DNA from: Pristiophorus japonicus
Lineage: Eukaryota
Direction: 5' to 3'
DNA: 64,000 bases
Assembly: GCF_044704955.1 (NCBI RefSeq)
Contig: NC_091991.1
Coordinates: forward strand, 147,622,001-147,686,000
The position numbers and the translations under genes were made by a program. Under the pieces are notes generated by a model, which saw only the letters and a program-made list of their open reading frames with translations, searched no databases and was not told where the DNA came from. Of the stretch, positions 48,701 through 62,570 are shown piece by piece (the stretch's first letter is position 1; each line of letters starts with the position of its first letter).

Positions 48701-51700
48701 TTCTTGATTCACATACATTTTTGGAGTCTAAGTGTAAGCTCCCTCCCTCCATTTTTCTTCCACAGGTCACACATCACATGGTCTGTTGCCAATGCCTCTC
48801 TGAACCACTCTTGAAGCAGGAGTGACCCAAGAGCAACTCTCTCTCTCGCAAGCAAAGAAAAAAATTCCCTCTACTCCATCCCAATCACCATGAATCTTTG
48901 CAGTTCCCACACTTGGCATCCTTATTCTTAAGTGAGATTAGCAATTTAGTTCAAATCTGTTATAAATTATGAGCAGTTTTGTGATGCATGGCCAAATCCA
49001 TATGGAACTGGGTAAAGACTACAATCCATTTCATGCTGAACCAGTATGACTGTCAGACAGCAGAAACTTTCGTCCCATTAATTTGGGCTGGATTCAAATC
49101 CAGGTCATGGAGGCTAAGGGATCAATGCAATAACTCACTGCACTATTAACATTATTTTGCTATGTTATACATTTTTCAAAAAGAAAAATGCTTACTTTTT
49201 TATTAAGAACATGGCTGGCTACTCGACAAAGCATAAGCAGACTGTCTTCCTGTGCGGTCCAGGTTACACGGAGTTTGGTCATGCGACGCAGCGCACTCCT
49301 ATCAGCATCATCTTGGAAGCGAAATCTCTTTGGTTTTCCCTGTTGTGGTACTTGCTCTGCAAATATCAGTGAAGAATTGTTATAAAAGGGGAAAACATAC
49401 AACATTTATTAAGCAGAAGAGCACTGAAGCCAGAGAATCAGAGTTCACTTCCCAACTTTAATTAATGTTTGCTCATAATATTCACTCTCTCCATACACTG
49501 TACTTTAAGTTAGCAACAGAAAATACTTTCTGATGGACCTCACAGTATTTACAGCAATAAGACCACATGGCTTTAAAAGACAAGCCCATGTGATACAAAC
49601 CCCACCCACCCCCCAGCATGCAGAATAATACATGACACATTAGATGGTATTAAATACATATCTTCCAATTTAGCATGAGCAACCCCAAGGGAAATAAGCT
49701 ATTTTGCACAATAAAGAAACTGCCAAAAACACAAATAGGCATATATTTGTTCTGAAATAATTATTCCTCGGTCTTTAAAAGACAGAACTTAATAGGCTAA
49801 AGTCTGCAATGATAAAATCTCACCTTTCCTTTTCTTTTTCCTTTGTTTCTTCCCAATCTCCTTTTCAGGTCGTTTTCTTTTCTGTCCTCTTCCACCAGCT
49901 ACTCTCTTGTTTCTGCCCACATTATATTCTTTTTCAATTAGAATTTCTTCCCTATTTTTGGCAAGAGGTCCTTGCACAGACCTGAGCATCCCCAACATGT
50001 TGAATTTATTTCCTGGATCAAAAAAGCCACAAGAAATAAAAAGCAATTAAAAACCACAGAATCCTGTGTCTATAAAGTAATGCTTATTAGCACTATGTCT
50101 ACCTCACACATACACGAATATATATATAATATGTATATATATATATATAATATATATCTCTGTCTATATACACACAAATAAATAAATAAAATAACTAGCA
50201 GAATAAGAGATATCTGTTGCTTACTGTTTGGTACCCAGCCAAATACTGACACATTCCTGGAACCCCCTATTCTCCCTTCCAGAACCGTGTCAACTAACCA
50301 AAGGAAACCACTACAATTATAAATAATGTTTCTCTTCCCTCTCTCTCTCCCCACCCCTCACCCCCCCCATCCCCAGATATAATGTACTAGTAAATTAACA
50401 AATACATAACCAAAATAAATATCTGAAGAGACACAAAGAAGCCTCGAACAAATTATTGGTATTTTCTTAACTGGCAATGACATGTGACAAATGAAGACCA
50501 GCAGGAGGAGGAAGGGGAGAAAATAGATTTGACCATAAAGGGAAAGTTTCACCCTTATTCTTAAGGGAAGAACATGCAAAAAAAACAAAACATTTAATTT
50601 CCTCCCTTTGGCGTTATCAGCACCAATCTCTTGGCCACGAGAGAAGGCAGGCAGATATCTCCCAAACATCAGCCAATATTGAGGTGTCCACTAGTTCGGC
50701 CCCAAGTTTCCCCAGGAGTTGCTCCATTTTTTTTTTGGAGCAACTAGATTTTTTTGGAGTTACTTAAAAATTGCAATTCTCCCCATTTAATTTGCTCCAG
50801 TGTAAGTGAGTTAGTTTTAAAAAAAAAAGTTTAGTTTTTTTTCCAAAAGGGGGCGTCACCAGCCACTTACGCCAGTTTTAGTCATTTAAACAAGTTTAGT
50901 CAGCTAAAACTTACTCTGGCCTAAGTTAGTTTAGAGTAAGTGGCCACTTTTGTACATTCTGAAAAACCCTGTGGTGAATTAAGAGATCAGCGCAGGTAGC
51001 CAGAGATAGTGGGGGGGAGGGGGGAAAGAGAAATTAGAGGACTTTGTAGTAGCAATTTTAGCCAAAACAGATCCTAGAAACTGCTATTTTTTTTTCATAT
51101 GAAAAGCATGTGATTGAACAAGTGTTCCTTTTACCAAAGAGTTTGTATATTAAACTGAGAACGGGGGGGGGGGGCGGGGGGGCAGAAGAGACATTCCGGG
51201 AAGGGTGGGCCGGCCTGTGCGGCCCGGGATAGGGACAGTGAGCATCGGGACGCACTGAGAGGGCGAGGAGCTACTGCTATGAGTGTAAACCATCAACCTC
51301 TGTCCAGCACATTCTAAGCAGCTCACAGTTTCTATTTTAAAGTTTTTAATAATTTCTATCATCGCTTTAGTTTGTGTAACACTTGGTTCTTTAAAATGCA
51401 GCAACATCATCAGGTATCATATAAAATCTTTTTTAGCATAGGCACCCGTGCGATAGGCCACTCAGCCCGGGGTAGGGGCAGTGAGCATCGGGACGCGCTG
51501 GGAGGGTAAAGAGCTACTGCGCATGCGCAGACTTCACTGCGCATGCGCACAGCTGCCGGTACTGTTTACGGTACAGGGCTGTAGCTCCGCCCCCCCACTC
51601 ACACAGAAACGGCGCGCCAGGACCAGGGAGACACAGAAGAGCTGCCAGAATATGCAGTAATTTTTTTGGCGCTGTTTTGAGCGCACAAAGTCGGCGCATC

Positions 51701-54700
51701 TCGTGTTAGTATGCTGGAAAAAGGGGTTGGGGAAACTTGGGCCCGTTAAGTGCAAAAGTATTGCCCTCTGATCTTCCCTCTCGATAATTAACTAGACCAG
51801 CCTCTGGAGTGACTGATATCAGCATCGCACTTTTCAAAAAGGATAGAAAGCAGAAATGTATATTTCTGAATAACTCCAATCCAGTTAGAGCATTTCAAGT
51901 CCATCTGGAAAATAGATATATTTTGGTTGTGGCTTCAGGACAGGCTAATTTGGTTGAGATTATGCACAATTTATATTCACATTTGTCCTTTGAATAGGCT
52001 TGGTCATCAGAACGTTCCAGCTTGCAAGACATACTGATGTATGTAAATCTGATTATCCAAGAAAAGATGAGCTACAAATCAGCTTCCATCTCTTCAGTGG
52101 CACTGTCTGCGATGCTTTTCCACCGTGTCAGCATCACAGAGGGATTTGTATGCAGATAGCATGGTTTAAGCTCTTCAAAAACTGCCAGAGACTTGAATTT
52201 CACCATCTTAAATCACTAAAATCCATGTATAATGTAATTTTAAAAGTTTTTATTAAACATCCTGAGCTCTTGACATTTTCAGGAATATATTTCAGTCTCA
52301 CTTCAACATTTAGTGATGGTATTATCTGGGTTCTATATTCCCATGCGAGGCCATTAATCCAGGATAATATGATAACCATTCAACAGATTCGAGAAATTTC
52401 ACAGAAAATATATAATACAGAATCATATTGTACTGAGGCTCATTCCCAAGATAAATATTTCACCTGCAACACCGAGGGGAAGGGAATGTTTGTTCAGGAA
52501 ACTCTGCAATCGCACGGAGCTGCTCTCAGGGATATTGAGGCTCTATAAAAAGAAGCAACACTGGGTTAAAAGAAGCAGTTTGCTTTAACCTGACCTAAAG
52601 CAAAAATAAAATTGTTCTGTATTCACACTCCTGTGGACACTTGCATCTATATAGCATCTTTAACATAGTAAAATGTCCCAGACGCTTCACAGTAACGAAT
52701 ATCAAACAAAAGTTAACTGAGCCACATAAGGATATATTAGGACAGATGCTCAAAAACTTGGTCAAAGTGGTAGGTTTTAAGGAGAGTCTTAAAAAGAGGA
52801 GGCAGAGAGATGGAGATTGCAAGATAGTTAGGGGTGAGGAAGGCCATTCAACCCATCCTGAAGGATCCCTTCATTTCAGCCTCCAACTGTTCTTAAAAGA
52901 TTTCAAGGATTTCGCCACCAGTACTCTTCCTGGAAATCTATTCTATGCACCAATCACCCTGTGCAAAGAATTTCTTGGCAATAGTCTTAAATTTACCTTT
53001 TAATAGGTTGAATCTAGGTTTACTTAACTTAAATATTCACAATTTAACATTTCCATTTCCTTAACCACTTTGTATACATATAGATCACCTCTCAACGCCT
53101 CCCTTCCAGGTTGAAAAGCACAAGTTTCTCCAGCCTTTTTCCATAACTCAGATCATTGGCACAAGGGATCACCCTTATAGCCAGTGTGTGCACTGCTGCC
53201 AGTACCCGAGTGTCTTTCCTGTGCCTCAGCGACCAGAACTGGGCACAGTACGCAACATGTGGTGTGACCAGAACACTGTACAGTTTGGTCCTGATTTCCT
53301 CTGACTTCTGTTCTGTCAATGTAATTCCGTGTGCTTCTGTCCTGTTAATTCAGTGTTCTATTGGCTTTGTTGGTTGTTGCTCTGCATTGGTTGAAGATGT
53401 CAAGCAATGGCTCTGCTATGACTTATCCTTCACTATTTCAATGCATTTCATGGAGTACCTGTGTGGCTTATATTTATTCTTCCTATGTGCAGTACTTTAC
53501 ATTTGTCTGCATTAAATTGCTTGTGTCATTTTACTGCTCGCTCACCAATTTGATCCAACCCATTCTGTCATTTCAGCCAGTGTTGCAGAATATATGCATC
53601 ATTCAAACCTTTTCAGAATATAAAGACAGACATAATAAAGATAATAATCTGTAGTTAATTTTCTGTTACCCGACCCTGACATCCAAACCAAAGTTTGCAG
53701 TACCCAAAGTAAAATGGTTGCTTCTAATCTCTGAACTTCAGTCACTGGAGGCCATGGAATCAAAATTTCCAGGTGTTTATAGGGTGAACTCTCAGTTATC
53801 CTCAGTCAAGGATCAGGATGAAATTTCTCAGGCAATTTAAAAACTGGAACTGTAATCGGAAAAGCAGGAGGGAAGTGACGATGTGCTCAGCAACCTTAGG
53901 TTTTACAGATATTGCTGCATCAGTCATTTTGTACTTTGCAATAACATCCAATCATCCAAGGCAGCTTCCGTTGTACGAGTTGACAATACAAAGAAGTGGT
54001 GAAGTGGCAGGCTCCAGCCCGGAGTCCAATAAGAACCTCTTGCCCCTCCAGAATTCAGGCACATTTTAATCCACAACTTGGCACTAGGTTAAAATAATTA
54101 GCAAGATGTCCGAGAGAGATTAGTGGAACTAGCTGTGGCATGTATCAATTCTCATAGCCAGTGAAAGTGGATCCTGTATTGCAGAAGTTGGTTTAATGTG
54201 ACAGATGCTGATAGCAGGGGAAAAGTAATTGAAGGCCATTAAACAGAGAATGAGGTAAAGAAATATCATGCGGCAGACAATACATTCAGCTTAATACAAG
54301 GCGGTGTCTCGAAAACGCTCCCCAAAAACGAGCTTGAATCATTACCGATGGCATCTCATGAAGATGAAAATGAGATCATTTTTTTTTAAATGCTATCACC
54401 TGTCCGCTAAATAATGATTAAATACAGAGATAGTCCGGCAGCTGAACTACGGCTCCATTCAGCTCCAAGTCGCCATATCCTGTTGAAACTATATGTCAAC
54501 TATAAAATGTTTGCTTCTATTTACATTTAGAACACTTACCTTTTTAGCATTGTTAATAATGTAACTGGTCCAGATCCAGTTTCGTTTCAGATGTCCAAAG
54601 AAACTAGAATCTAGTCCAGCTGCTCCAAGACCATCACCAGGTAGTTTCCCATCATCCATCAACTTCCGACTACCCCTGGAGGGATTGAGGAACAGAAATC

Positions 54701-57700
54701 ACTGAAAATAATATTGCCCTGTTCCAATCTGAAATTTAGCGGCAACTCAAACTGGCTATAATTTAACAGAATGAATGGTGAGAAAAGGGAGAAAGCTCGA
54801 GTGGAGCATAAACACTGGCATTGACTGGTTGGCCCGTTCCTGTGCAGTTTATTCTATGTAAGAANNNNNNNNNNNNNNNNNNNNNNNNNNNNNNNNNNNN
54901 NNNNNNNNNNNNNNNNNNNNNNNNNNNNNNNNNNNNNNNNNNNNNNNNNNNNNNNNNNNNNNNNNNNNNNNNNNNNNNNNNNNNNNNNNNNNNNNNNNNN
55001 NNNNNNNNNNNNNNNNNNNNNNNNNNNNNNNNNNNNNNNNNNNNGCGAGCGCGAGGGAGAGAGAGAGAGCGAGCGCGAGGGAGAGAGAGAGAGCGAGCGC
55101 GAGGGAGAGAGAGAGAGCGAGCGCGAGGGAGAGAGAGAGAGCGAGCGCGAGGGAGAGAGAGAGAGCGAGCGCGAGGGAGAGAGAGAGAGCGAGCGCGAGG
55201 GAGAGAGAGAGAGCGAGCGCGAGGGAGAGAGAGAGAGCGAGCGCGAGGGAGAGAGAGAGAGCGAGCGCGAGGGAGAGAGAGAGAGCGAGCGCGAGGGAGA
55301 GAGAGAGAGCGAGCGCGAGGGAGAGAGAGAGAGCGAGCGCGAGGGAGAGAGAGAGAGCGAGCGCGAGGGAGAGAGAGAGAGCGAGCGCGAGGGAGAGAGA
55401 GAGCGAGCGCGAGGGAGAGAGAGAGAGCGAGCGCGAGGGAGAGAGAGAGAGCGAGCGCGAGGGAGAGAGAGAGAGAGCGAGCGCGAGGGAGAGAGAGAGA
55501 GCGAGCGCGAGGGAGAGAGAGAGAGCGAGCGCGAGGGAGAGAGAGAGAGCGAGCGCGAGGGAGAGAGAGAGAGCGAGCGCGAGGGAGANNNNNNNNNNNN
55601 NNNNNNNNNNNNNNNNNNNNNNNNNNNNNNNNNNNNNNNNNNNNNNNNNNNNNNNNNNNNNNNNNNNNNNNNNNNNNNNNNNNNNNNNNNNNNNNNNNNN
55701 NNNNNNNNNNNNNNNNNNNNNNNNNNNNGAGCGCGAGGGAGAGAGAGAGAGCGCGCGAGGGAGAGAGAGAGAGCGCGCGAGGGAGAGAGAGAGAGCGCGA
55801 GGGAGAGAGAGAGAGAGCGCGAGGGAGAGAGAGAGAGAGCGCGAGGGAGAGAGAGAGCGCGAGGGAGAGAGAGAGAGCGCGAGGGAGAGAGAGAGAGAGA
55901 GCGCGAGGGAGAGAGAGAGAGAGAGCGCGAGGGAGAGAGAGAGAGAGAGCGCGAGGGAGAGAGAGAGAGCGAGCGCGAGGGAGAGAGAGAGAGAGAGCGA
56001 GGGAGAGAGAGAGAGCGCGAGGGAGAGAGAGAGAGAGCGCGAGGGAGAGAGAGAGAGCGCGAGGGAGAGAGAGAGAGCGCGAGGGAGAGAGAGAGAGCGC
56101 GAGGGAGAGAGAGAGAGCGCGAGGGAGAGAGAGAGAGCGCGAGGGAGAGAGAGAGAGCGCGAGGGAGAGAGAGAGAGCGCGAGGGAGAGAGAGAGAGCGC
56201 GAGGGAGAGAGAGAGAGCGCGAGGGAGAGAGAGAGAGCGCGAGGGAGAGAGAGAGAGCGCGAGGGAGAGAGAGAGAGCGCGAGGGAGAGAGAGAGAGCGC
56301 GAGGGAGAGAGAGAGAGCGCGAGGGAGAGAGAGAGAGCGCGAGGGAGAGAGAGAGAGCGCGAGGGAGAGAGAGAGAGCGCGAGGGAGAGAGAGAGAGCGC
56401 GAGGGAGAGAGAGAGAGCGCGAGGGAGAGAGAGAGAGCGCGAGGGAGAGAGAGAGAGCGCGAGGGAGAGAGAGAGAGCGCGAGGGAGAGAGAGAGAGCGC
56501 GAGGGAGAGAGAGAGAGCGCGAGGGAGAGAGAGAGAGCGCGAGGGAGAGAGAGAGAGCGCGAGGGAGAGAGAGAGAGCGCGAGGGAGAGAGAGAGAGCGC
56601 GAGGGAGAGAGAGAGCGCGAGGGAGAGAGAGAGAGCGCGAGGGAGAGAGAGAGCGCGCGAGGGAGAGAGAGCGCGCGAGGGAGAGAGAGCGCGCGAGGGA
56701 GAGAGAGCGCGCGAGGGAGAGAGCGCGCGAGGGAGAGAGAGCGCGCGAGGGAGAGAGAGAGCGCGAGTGAGAGAGAGAGCGCGAGGGAGAGAGAGAGCGC
56801 GAGGGAGAGAGAGAGAGAGAGAGAGCACAAGCAACAAAATTATGTTACGTAGTACGCTCATTTCAATTTTCAGGAATATTGCCAAACCACTGGTGAAGGC
56901 AGTAAATGAAACAACACAGGACACCATGTTTTCATTTGAATAATTCAAAGTCTAATAAGAACTCTGATTTGATCACATATATTAAAAGAAAAACGCACGT
57001 AGTGTATTCCAGCAGGGCACATTTGTGCTCCAGGGTGTTCTTAGCAGTTGTGTCCTGTTCCATCACAGAGTTAAGCACAGTGTCTTCTGCTCCCTCTGGT
57101 GTTGCCTGACCACCATTTTTATGTAAGCGAGGAAACCGAATAACTCCTGGAAACAGAAACAGCTGCGTTATTTGTAAGAATTTTTTTAAGAGAGGGGAAA
57201 GGCCATTTGGTCCAATAATCCTGTCCATTTTTCACAGATGAAACTCGCCTACCTGTCTCCTTGCCATATCCCTCAAATAATCTGCTCCATAAAGTAGACC
57301 GCATTGTTTCTTGAATCCAGTGATAATGTTTATTCAAAGGCTTTCCCTGATAACTTACTTCACACTCAAAAGTTTTGGGTAAAAGAGTTCTGTCCAACTA
57401 CCTGAATTACTCCTATTTAATAAAAAGAAAAATTGCAAATGCTGGAAATTAGAAATACTTACTTTTCCCCCCGTGTGGACTAATCTGCTCTGCAATTCCA
57501 GCATGTGTGCTTTTATTCCTAATTTTTTTAAACTTGTGTACCTTGTCATCTAAATCCTTGCCATAGTGAAGAGTTTGCTTGGATCAATTTTGCCAATCCC
57601 TTTTATTATATTGCAAATATTAATTAGGTTTTCTCAAAGTTTCCTCTTTTCCAAAGGAAACGAGTTTCAACTTAAATTTAAATCCCTGATACCAGAAACA

Positions 57701-60700
57701 ATCTATTTTGCTCACCTCCATAAACCATTAAAGAGAGTCCTTTAAGTTGGGTGAACAGAACCACACAAGATAAGATTCGACTAGTGCCTTATACAGCAAC
57801 AGCACAATCTTTTTTGATTTGTCCCGATCCCTCTATTAATGTACACACTATCTTATTTGTCTTTTTTACTGCAGTAGATTTGTGCACAATAATCCCTGGA
57901 AGCCTCTCCTGACCAAAGCACTATATTGCTGTCCCATTCAACACTTGTGTTTCCTTGTTCCCATAGTAATTACTTTACATTTATGAAAACTGCCACCAAT
58001 TTAAAAAAAGGCAAGATAAATTTGATTTAACAGCTTACAAATAACAAAATAAATCCTTTCAGTATGTTCACTTGCTTCTGTAGAAACAGAGCAGAACCTG
58101 AAGAATCCTAAAACACAGATAAGCACACCAGTGCAAAGTTGCAAGTGTCTATGTCAGGAGATACAGAACGTTGCTCACAGCAGCACATTCACCGTCCAAT
58201 GGTCCAGAGTAAATGCTCTACTGTGAATTTTGTGTGTTTATGGAGGTGTCTCACCATCAGTGCACTTTTAAAAAGTTTTACTGCAATGAATTAGGATTAA
58301 CTCCACCTTTCTTTTTTCTGGCTATTCAATTGATTTTCAAACCATTTTTGTTAAAAGGAGAAATGACCAATAAGGTCCAAGTTATTAGGCAATACTGCAT
58401 TTCTGGGCTCCTCAATTTCCCCAATAAAAGAGTGGCGTTTCCATGACGTTAGTCAACAGAATCTCTATACATGACATCTGCTCCATCAATGGTGTCAATA
58501 CTCTTGGTCTATTTTCACACCAATTGCAAGCCATTACACTCCCTCAGTTTCTAATGAGTGTTTTCCGTCACAGTTACATGGATGATCTTATTAGGACTGT
58601 ATTCAACCAATCTGATGTGCTTTGCTCCAAACTCAAAGTGGAATTGAGTAGAACGATTGGGCATTTTCAAATCTAAACCTTCATATTGGTATTGCACCAC
58701 AGAAATCACAAGACATTGAAGATCAGGCAAGTGAAGCTGTAGCATGCTCAGGTAATAATCTTTTCAATTTCTAAGTAGTTTCATTAATTAAAACTCAATT
58801 AATTTGTGACCTGTAAATTAGAGCCAGTTCAGAGGGAAGGTAACTAGCAAACATATCTAAATAACTTTCTAAAACAGATCACAATGAAACAATTAAGACA
58901 TATAAAGAAATGAATACAGTGCTTTGTTTTATAGATACACAGAAAAGCAATACAACTTAAATGCAGAAATATACCAGTATACATTGTGGTCTTTAACAGC
59001 TTCCTTTAAAATAAAGTTTGAAGTAAATAAAGACCTTCATGAAGAAATTCTAAACCAGTCATTAAAATGTTTTTTCCCCCATCATCTTCATCATCATAGA
59101 TAGTCCCTCGAAATCGAGGAAGACTTGCTTCCACTCTAAAAGTGAGTTCTCAGGTGACTGTTCAGTCCAATACGGGAATTACAGTCTGTCACAGGTAGTT
59201 TGAGTTAGTGACACCATATGGCCAAAACATGCATTGCAGTGTAGCACAAAATTTATACAAAGGCAGTCAAGATTCTTCACCAATCTAACCAAATCCAGCT
59301 TTGTATTTATATACCTTTAATGTAGTAAAACATCCCAAGGTGCTTCACAAAAGTACTATGAGACAAAAAATTTGCCAACGAGCCACATTAGGGCAGATGA
59401 CCAAAAGGAGGTAGGTTTTAAGGAGTGACTTAAAAGGAGGAAAGATTTTTTTAAATGTATTCGTACATGAGATGTTGGCGTCGCAGGCAAGGCCAGCATT
59501 TATTGCCCATTACTTATACTAGCTTTTTATTCCAGATTTTTAATTTAATTAACTGAATTTAAATTCCCCAGCTGCCGTGGTGGGATTTGAACTCATGTCT
59601 CCGGATCATTAGTCCAGGGCTCTGAATTACTAGTCTAGTAACATAACTATGCTCCCGTTCCTGGTAGAGAAGCGGAGAGGTTTAGGCAGGAAATTCCAGA
59701 GTTTAGGGCTTAAGCAACAGAAGGCACGGCCACCAATGGTTATTATAATCAGGGATGCTCAAGAGGAACACAGATATCTCTGGGTGGGGGTGGGGGGCAG
59801 TTGTGGGACTGAAGGAGATTACAGATAGGGAGGGGTGCGGCGTTTGGGATTTGAAAACAAGGATGAGAATTTTGAAATCGAGGTGTTGCTTAATCAGGAG
59901 TCAATGTGGGTCAGCGAATACAGGGGCGATGTGGGAGACAAACCAGCGTTGGAATAGTCAAGTCTAGAGGTCACAAAGACATGGATGAGGATTTCAGCAG
60001 CGGATGAGCTGAGGCAAGTGTGGAGATGGGCGATGTTACGGAGGTGGAAATAGACGGTCTTAGTTATGCTGCGGAAATGAAAGCTCATTTCAGTATCTAA
60101 TATGACACCAAGGTTGCAAAGTGTGGTTCAGCCTCAGACAGATGTTGGGGAAAGGGAGATAGGGAACAGAGTTTGTAGTGTGGACCGAAAACAATGGGGA
60201 AGAAAATGATTATTGCCCTGGTTGGGGGCAGTAACTTTTGAGGTGGGAAAGTTAGCACCAGGCGCTAATGTTTCCCCGCTCTCAAAATATTGGCTTTAGC
60301 ACTCCAGGAAGGAGGTGGAGCACTAAATCAAGCACACCACTCGCTTCTTGGAGCTCAGCCTTCAGCAGCGCTGCACACTGGGCCATGCAGTACTGTCGCG
60401 TTTAAAGGGCCATCGCTGCAGGCTCTGCCATATAAAATGGACCTGCCTGGACCACCAAGGGAGCGATGGACCCGCGCGATCAGTCCGGCACTCAAGCAGG
60501 TTGCCTGTCTGAACTATCGCAGACAGGAATCTGCAAAGTAAACGGAAGGGGAATCAGTAGCAAAGATAAGGTTCTTACCTCGCCTTTAATTATAGAAACA
60601 TAGAAATTTACAGCGCAGGAGGCGGCCATTTTGGCCCATCGCGTCCGTGCTGGCCGATAAAAGCCGCACAGCCCTCGGTCAGCAGCCCTGAAGGTTACAT

Positions 60701-62539
60701 ATAAACCAATGAACGATGGCGGAAAGGTAAAGAGCATCCAGCTCAACCAGTCCGCCCTCCACAACTGCGATATCCCATGTATCGCAACATTTTACACTCC
60801 ACCCCACCCGGAGCTATGCGATCTCCTGGGAGAGGCAAAAACAGATTAAAAACCCAGGCCAATTGGGGGAAAAAAAAAACCTGGGAAAATTTCTCTCCGA
60901 CTCATCCAGGCGATCGAAACTAGTCCAGGACATCATTCTGGCCGTATTAGATTCCCTGAAGTACTTACCATCGTATATCATATTATCGCCCGGCCGCCCG
61001 ATCCACGCCTCCGACAACTGACGGTGTTTTCGCCCGGCGCTGCTGCAGGGGGCAAAAGTGAATTTTGGGTCCGGAACGCTAACGGGGCGATGCGCACAGC
61101 GATGATGTCACGATTTCTGGGCGCAACACTGTAGCTAAACCTCCATCCAATATGGCAGGAGTCATTGTCATTACCCCGCCCCGGACACAAACGCATTTGT
61201 GCCTCGTTAATGAGGCGCGCAAATGCACCCAATTTCTAGGCCAATGGCTTCGGTCCTCCCAATATTTCATTGGAGAACATTTCTGCTCATCCAGAACTGG
61301 ATGTCGGACAGTGGAGAGGCGTTGGAGGAGGATGGAACGGTCAAATGTATCAAAGGCTGCAGACAAGTCAGGGAGAACGAGGAGGGATAGTTTGCCTTTG
61401 TCACTGTCACAAGGGATGTCATTTGTGAATTTGACGAGAGCCATTTTGGTACGGTGGCAGGTGCAGAAACCTGATTGGAGGGATTCAAACATGAGGTTGC
61501 GGGAAAGATGGGCACGGATTTGGGAGGCAACAACATGTGCAAGGACTTTAGAGAGGAAAGGGAAGTTGGAGATGGGGCAGGAGTTTGCAAGGACGGAAGG
61601 GTCAAGGGTTGGTATTTTGAAGAGAGGGGTGATGACGGCAGATTTGAGGGAGAGTGATTACCTTCGGGATTTCTCCACGGTGCTCCTTCTGGACCAGAGC
61701 ACAATTCCTCCCCACTACTGCATATGAAGAAAGCACACTATTCATCAGCCTCTATTCTCTAAACTTTACAACCAGGACTAACATTATTAAGGGATCGAAT
61801 AATGTTGCTCTATTTTGTGCAAGGTACTGTGAAAGTGGTACTCTCATCAGCTACAGCATGAGACTCAGGAAAAAGAGCCCAGCCACAGAGCTCACTGAGA
61901 CTATATGTATGTATCTAACAATATTGAATTCACTGGTTGACAGTTATCTGGTAGATTGATATGGAGCTGGAATATGTATCTGTAAAAATATGTGATTTAT
62001 AGAGTACCCAATCATTTGCTGGACATTTCAAAGACAGTAATGACTGTTTTCGCACAAGTATAACCAAACATTGATTAAACTACAATACCTTTAACTTACA
62101 ATGAGTTTGAGAAGAAAAAGAAAAAAAAAAAGAGCAGGGACTACTGAGCAAGAACGGATGGGTCTGGCACTGTGCTTACCCAGCGGTGTATTCAGGCAGA
62201 CACACATAAGGTCAAACCAGAAGCTTTCCACATCTTGCAAACAGTTGAGAGCATAGCAACGATTATCAAATGGCCGGCTGCTTCTGGCCAAGTTGTAATG
62301 TGGATCACAACTAGTAGTATCGACAATCATGGCATTCTTTTTGATGCGAATGAAAATCTAGTAAAAAAAAAACAAATCACAGGTCAATTGGCAGTTTCAG
62401 GTTTCGTTTTATGACCAATAATATTGAAACAATGTGGAATTATTTGAGCAGTTCAGTATGGTGCATATTGGTGTAGGAGTATAGCTAGACCAAGGTGGGG
62501 AGGGAAGAAGACATTGCAGGATGAATTTCACTAAATAAA

Positions 62540-62570
<31 letters not shown>

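Noticed and set aside
52000-52548. 182-aa plus-strand ORF
   Set aside because: Antisense to a GTF3C1 exon, TTG start, no domain.
54821-56948. 650-700 aa ORFs (RE/RA- or SL-rich)
   Set aside because: They are translations of the GA satellite and N gaps.
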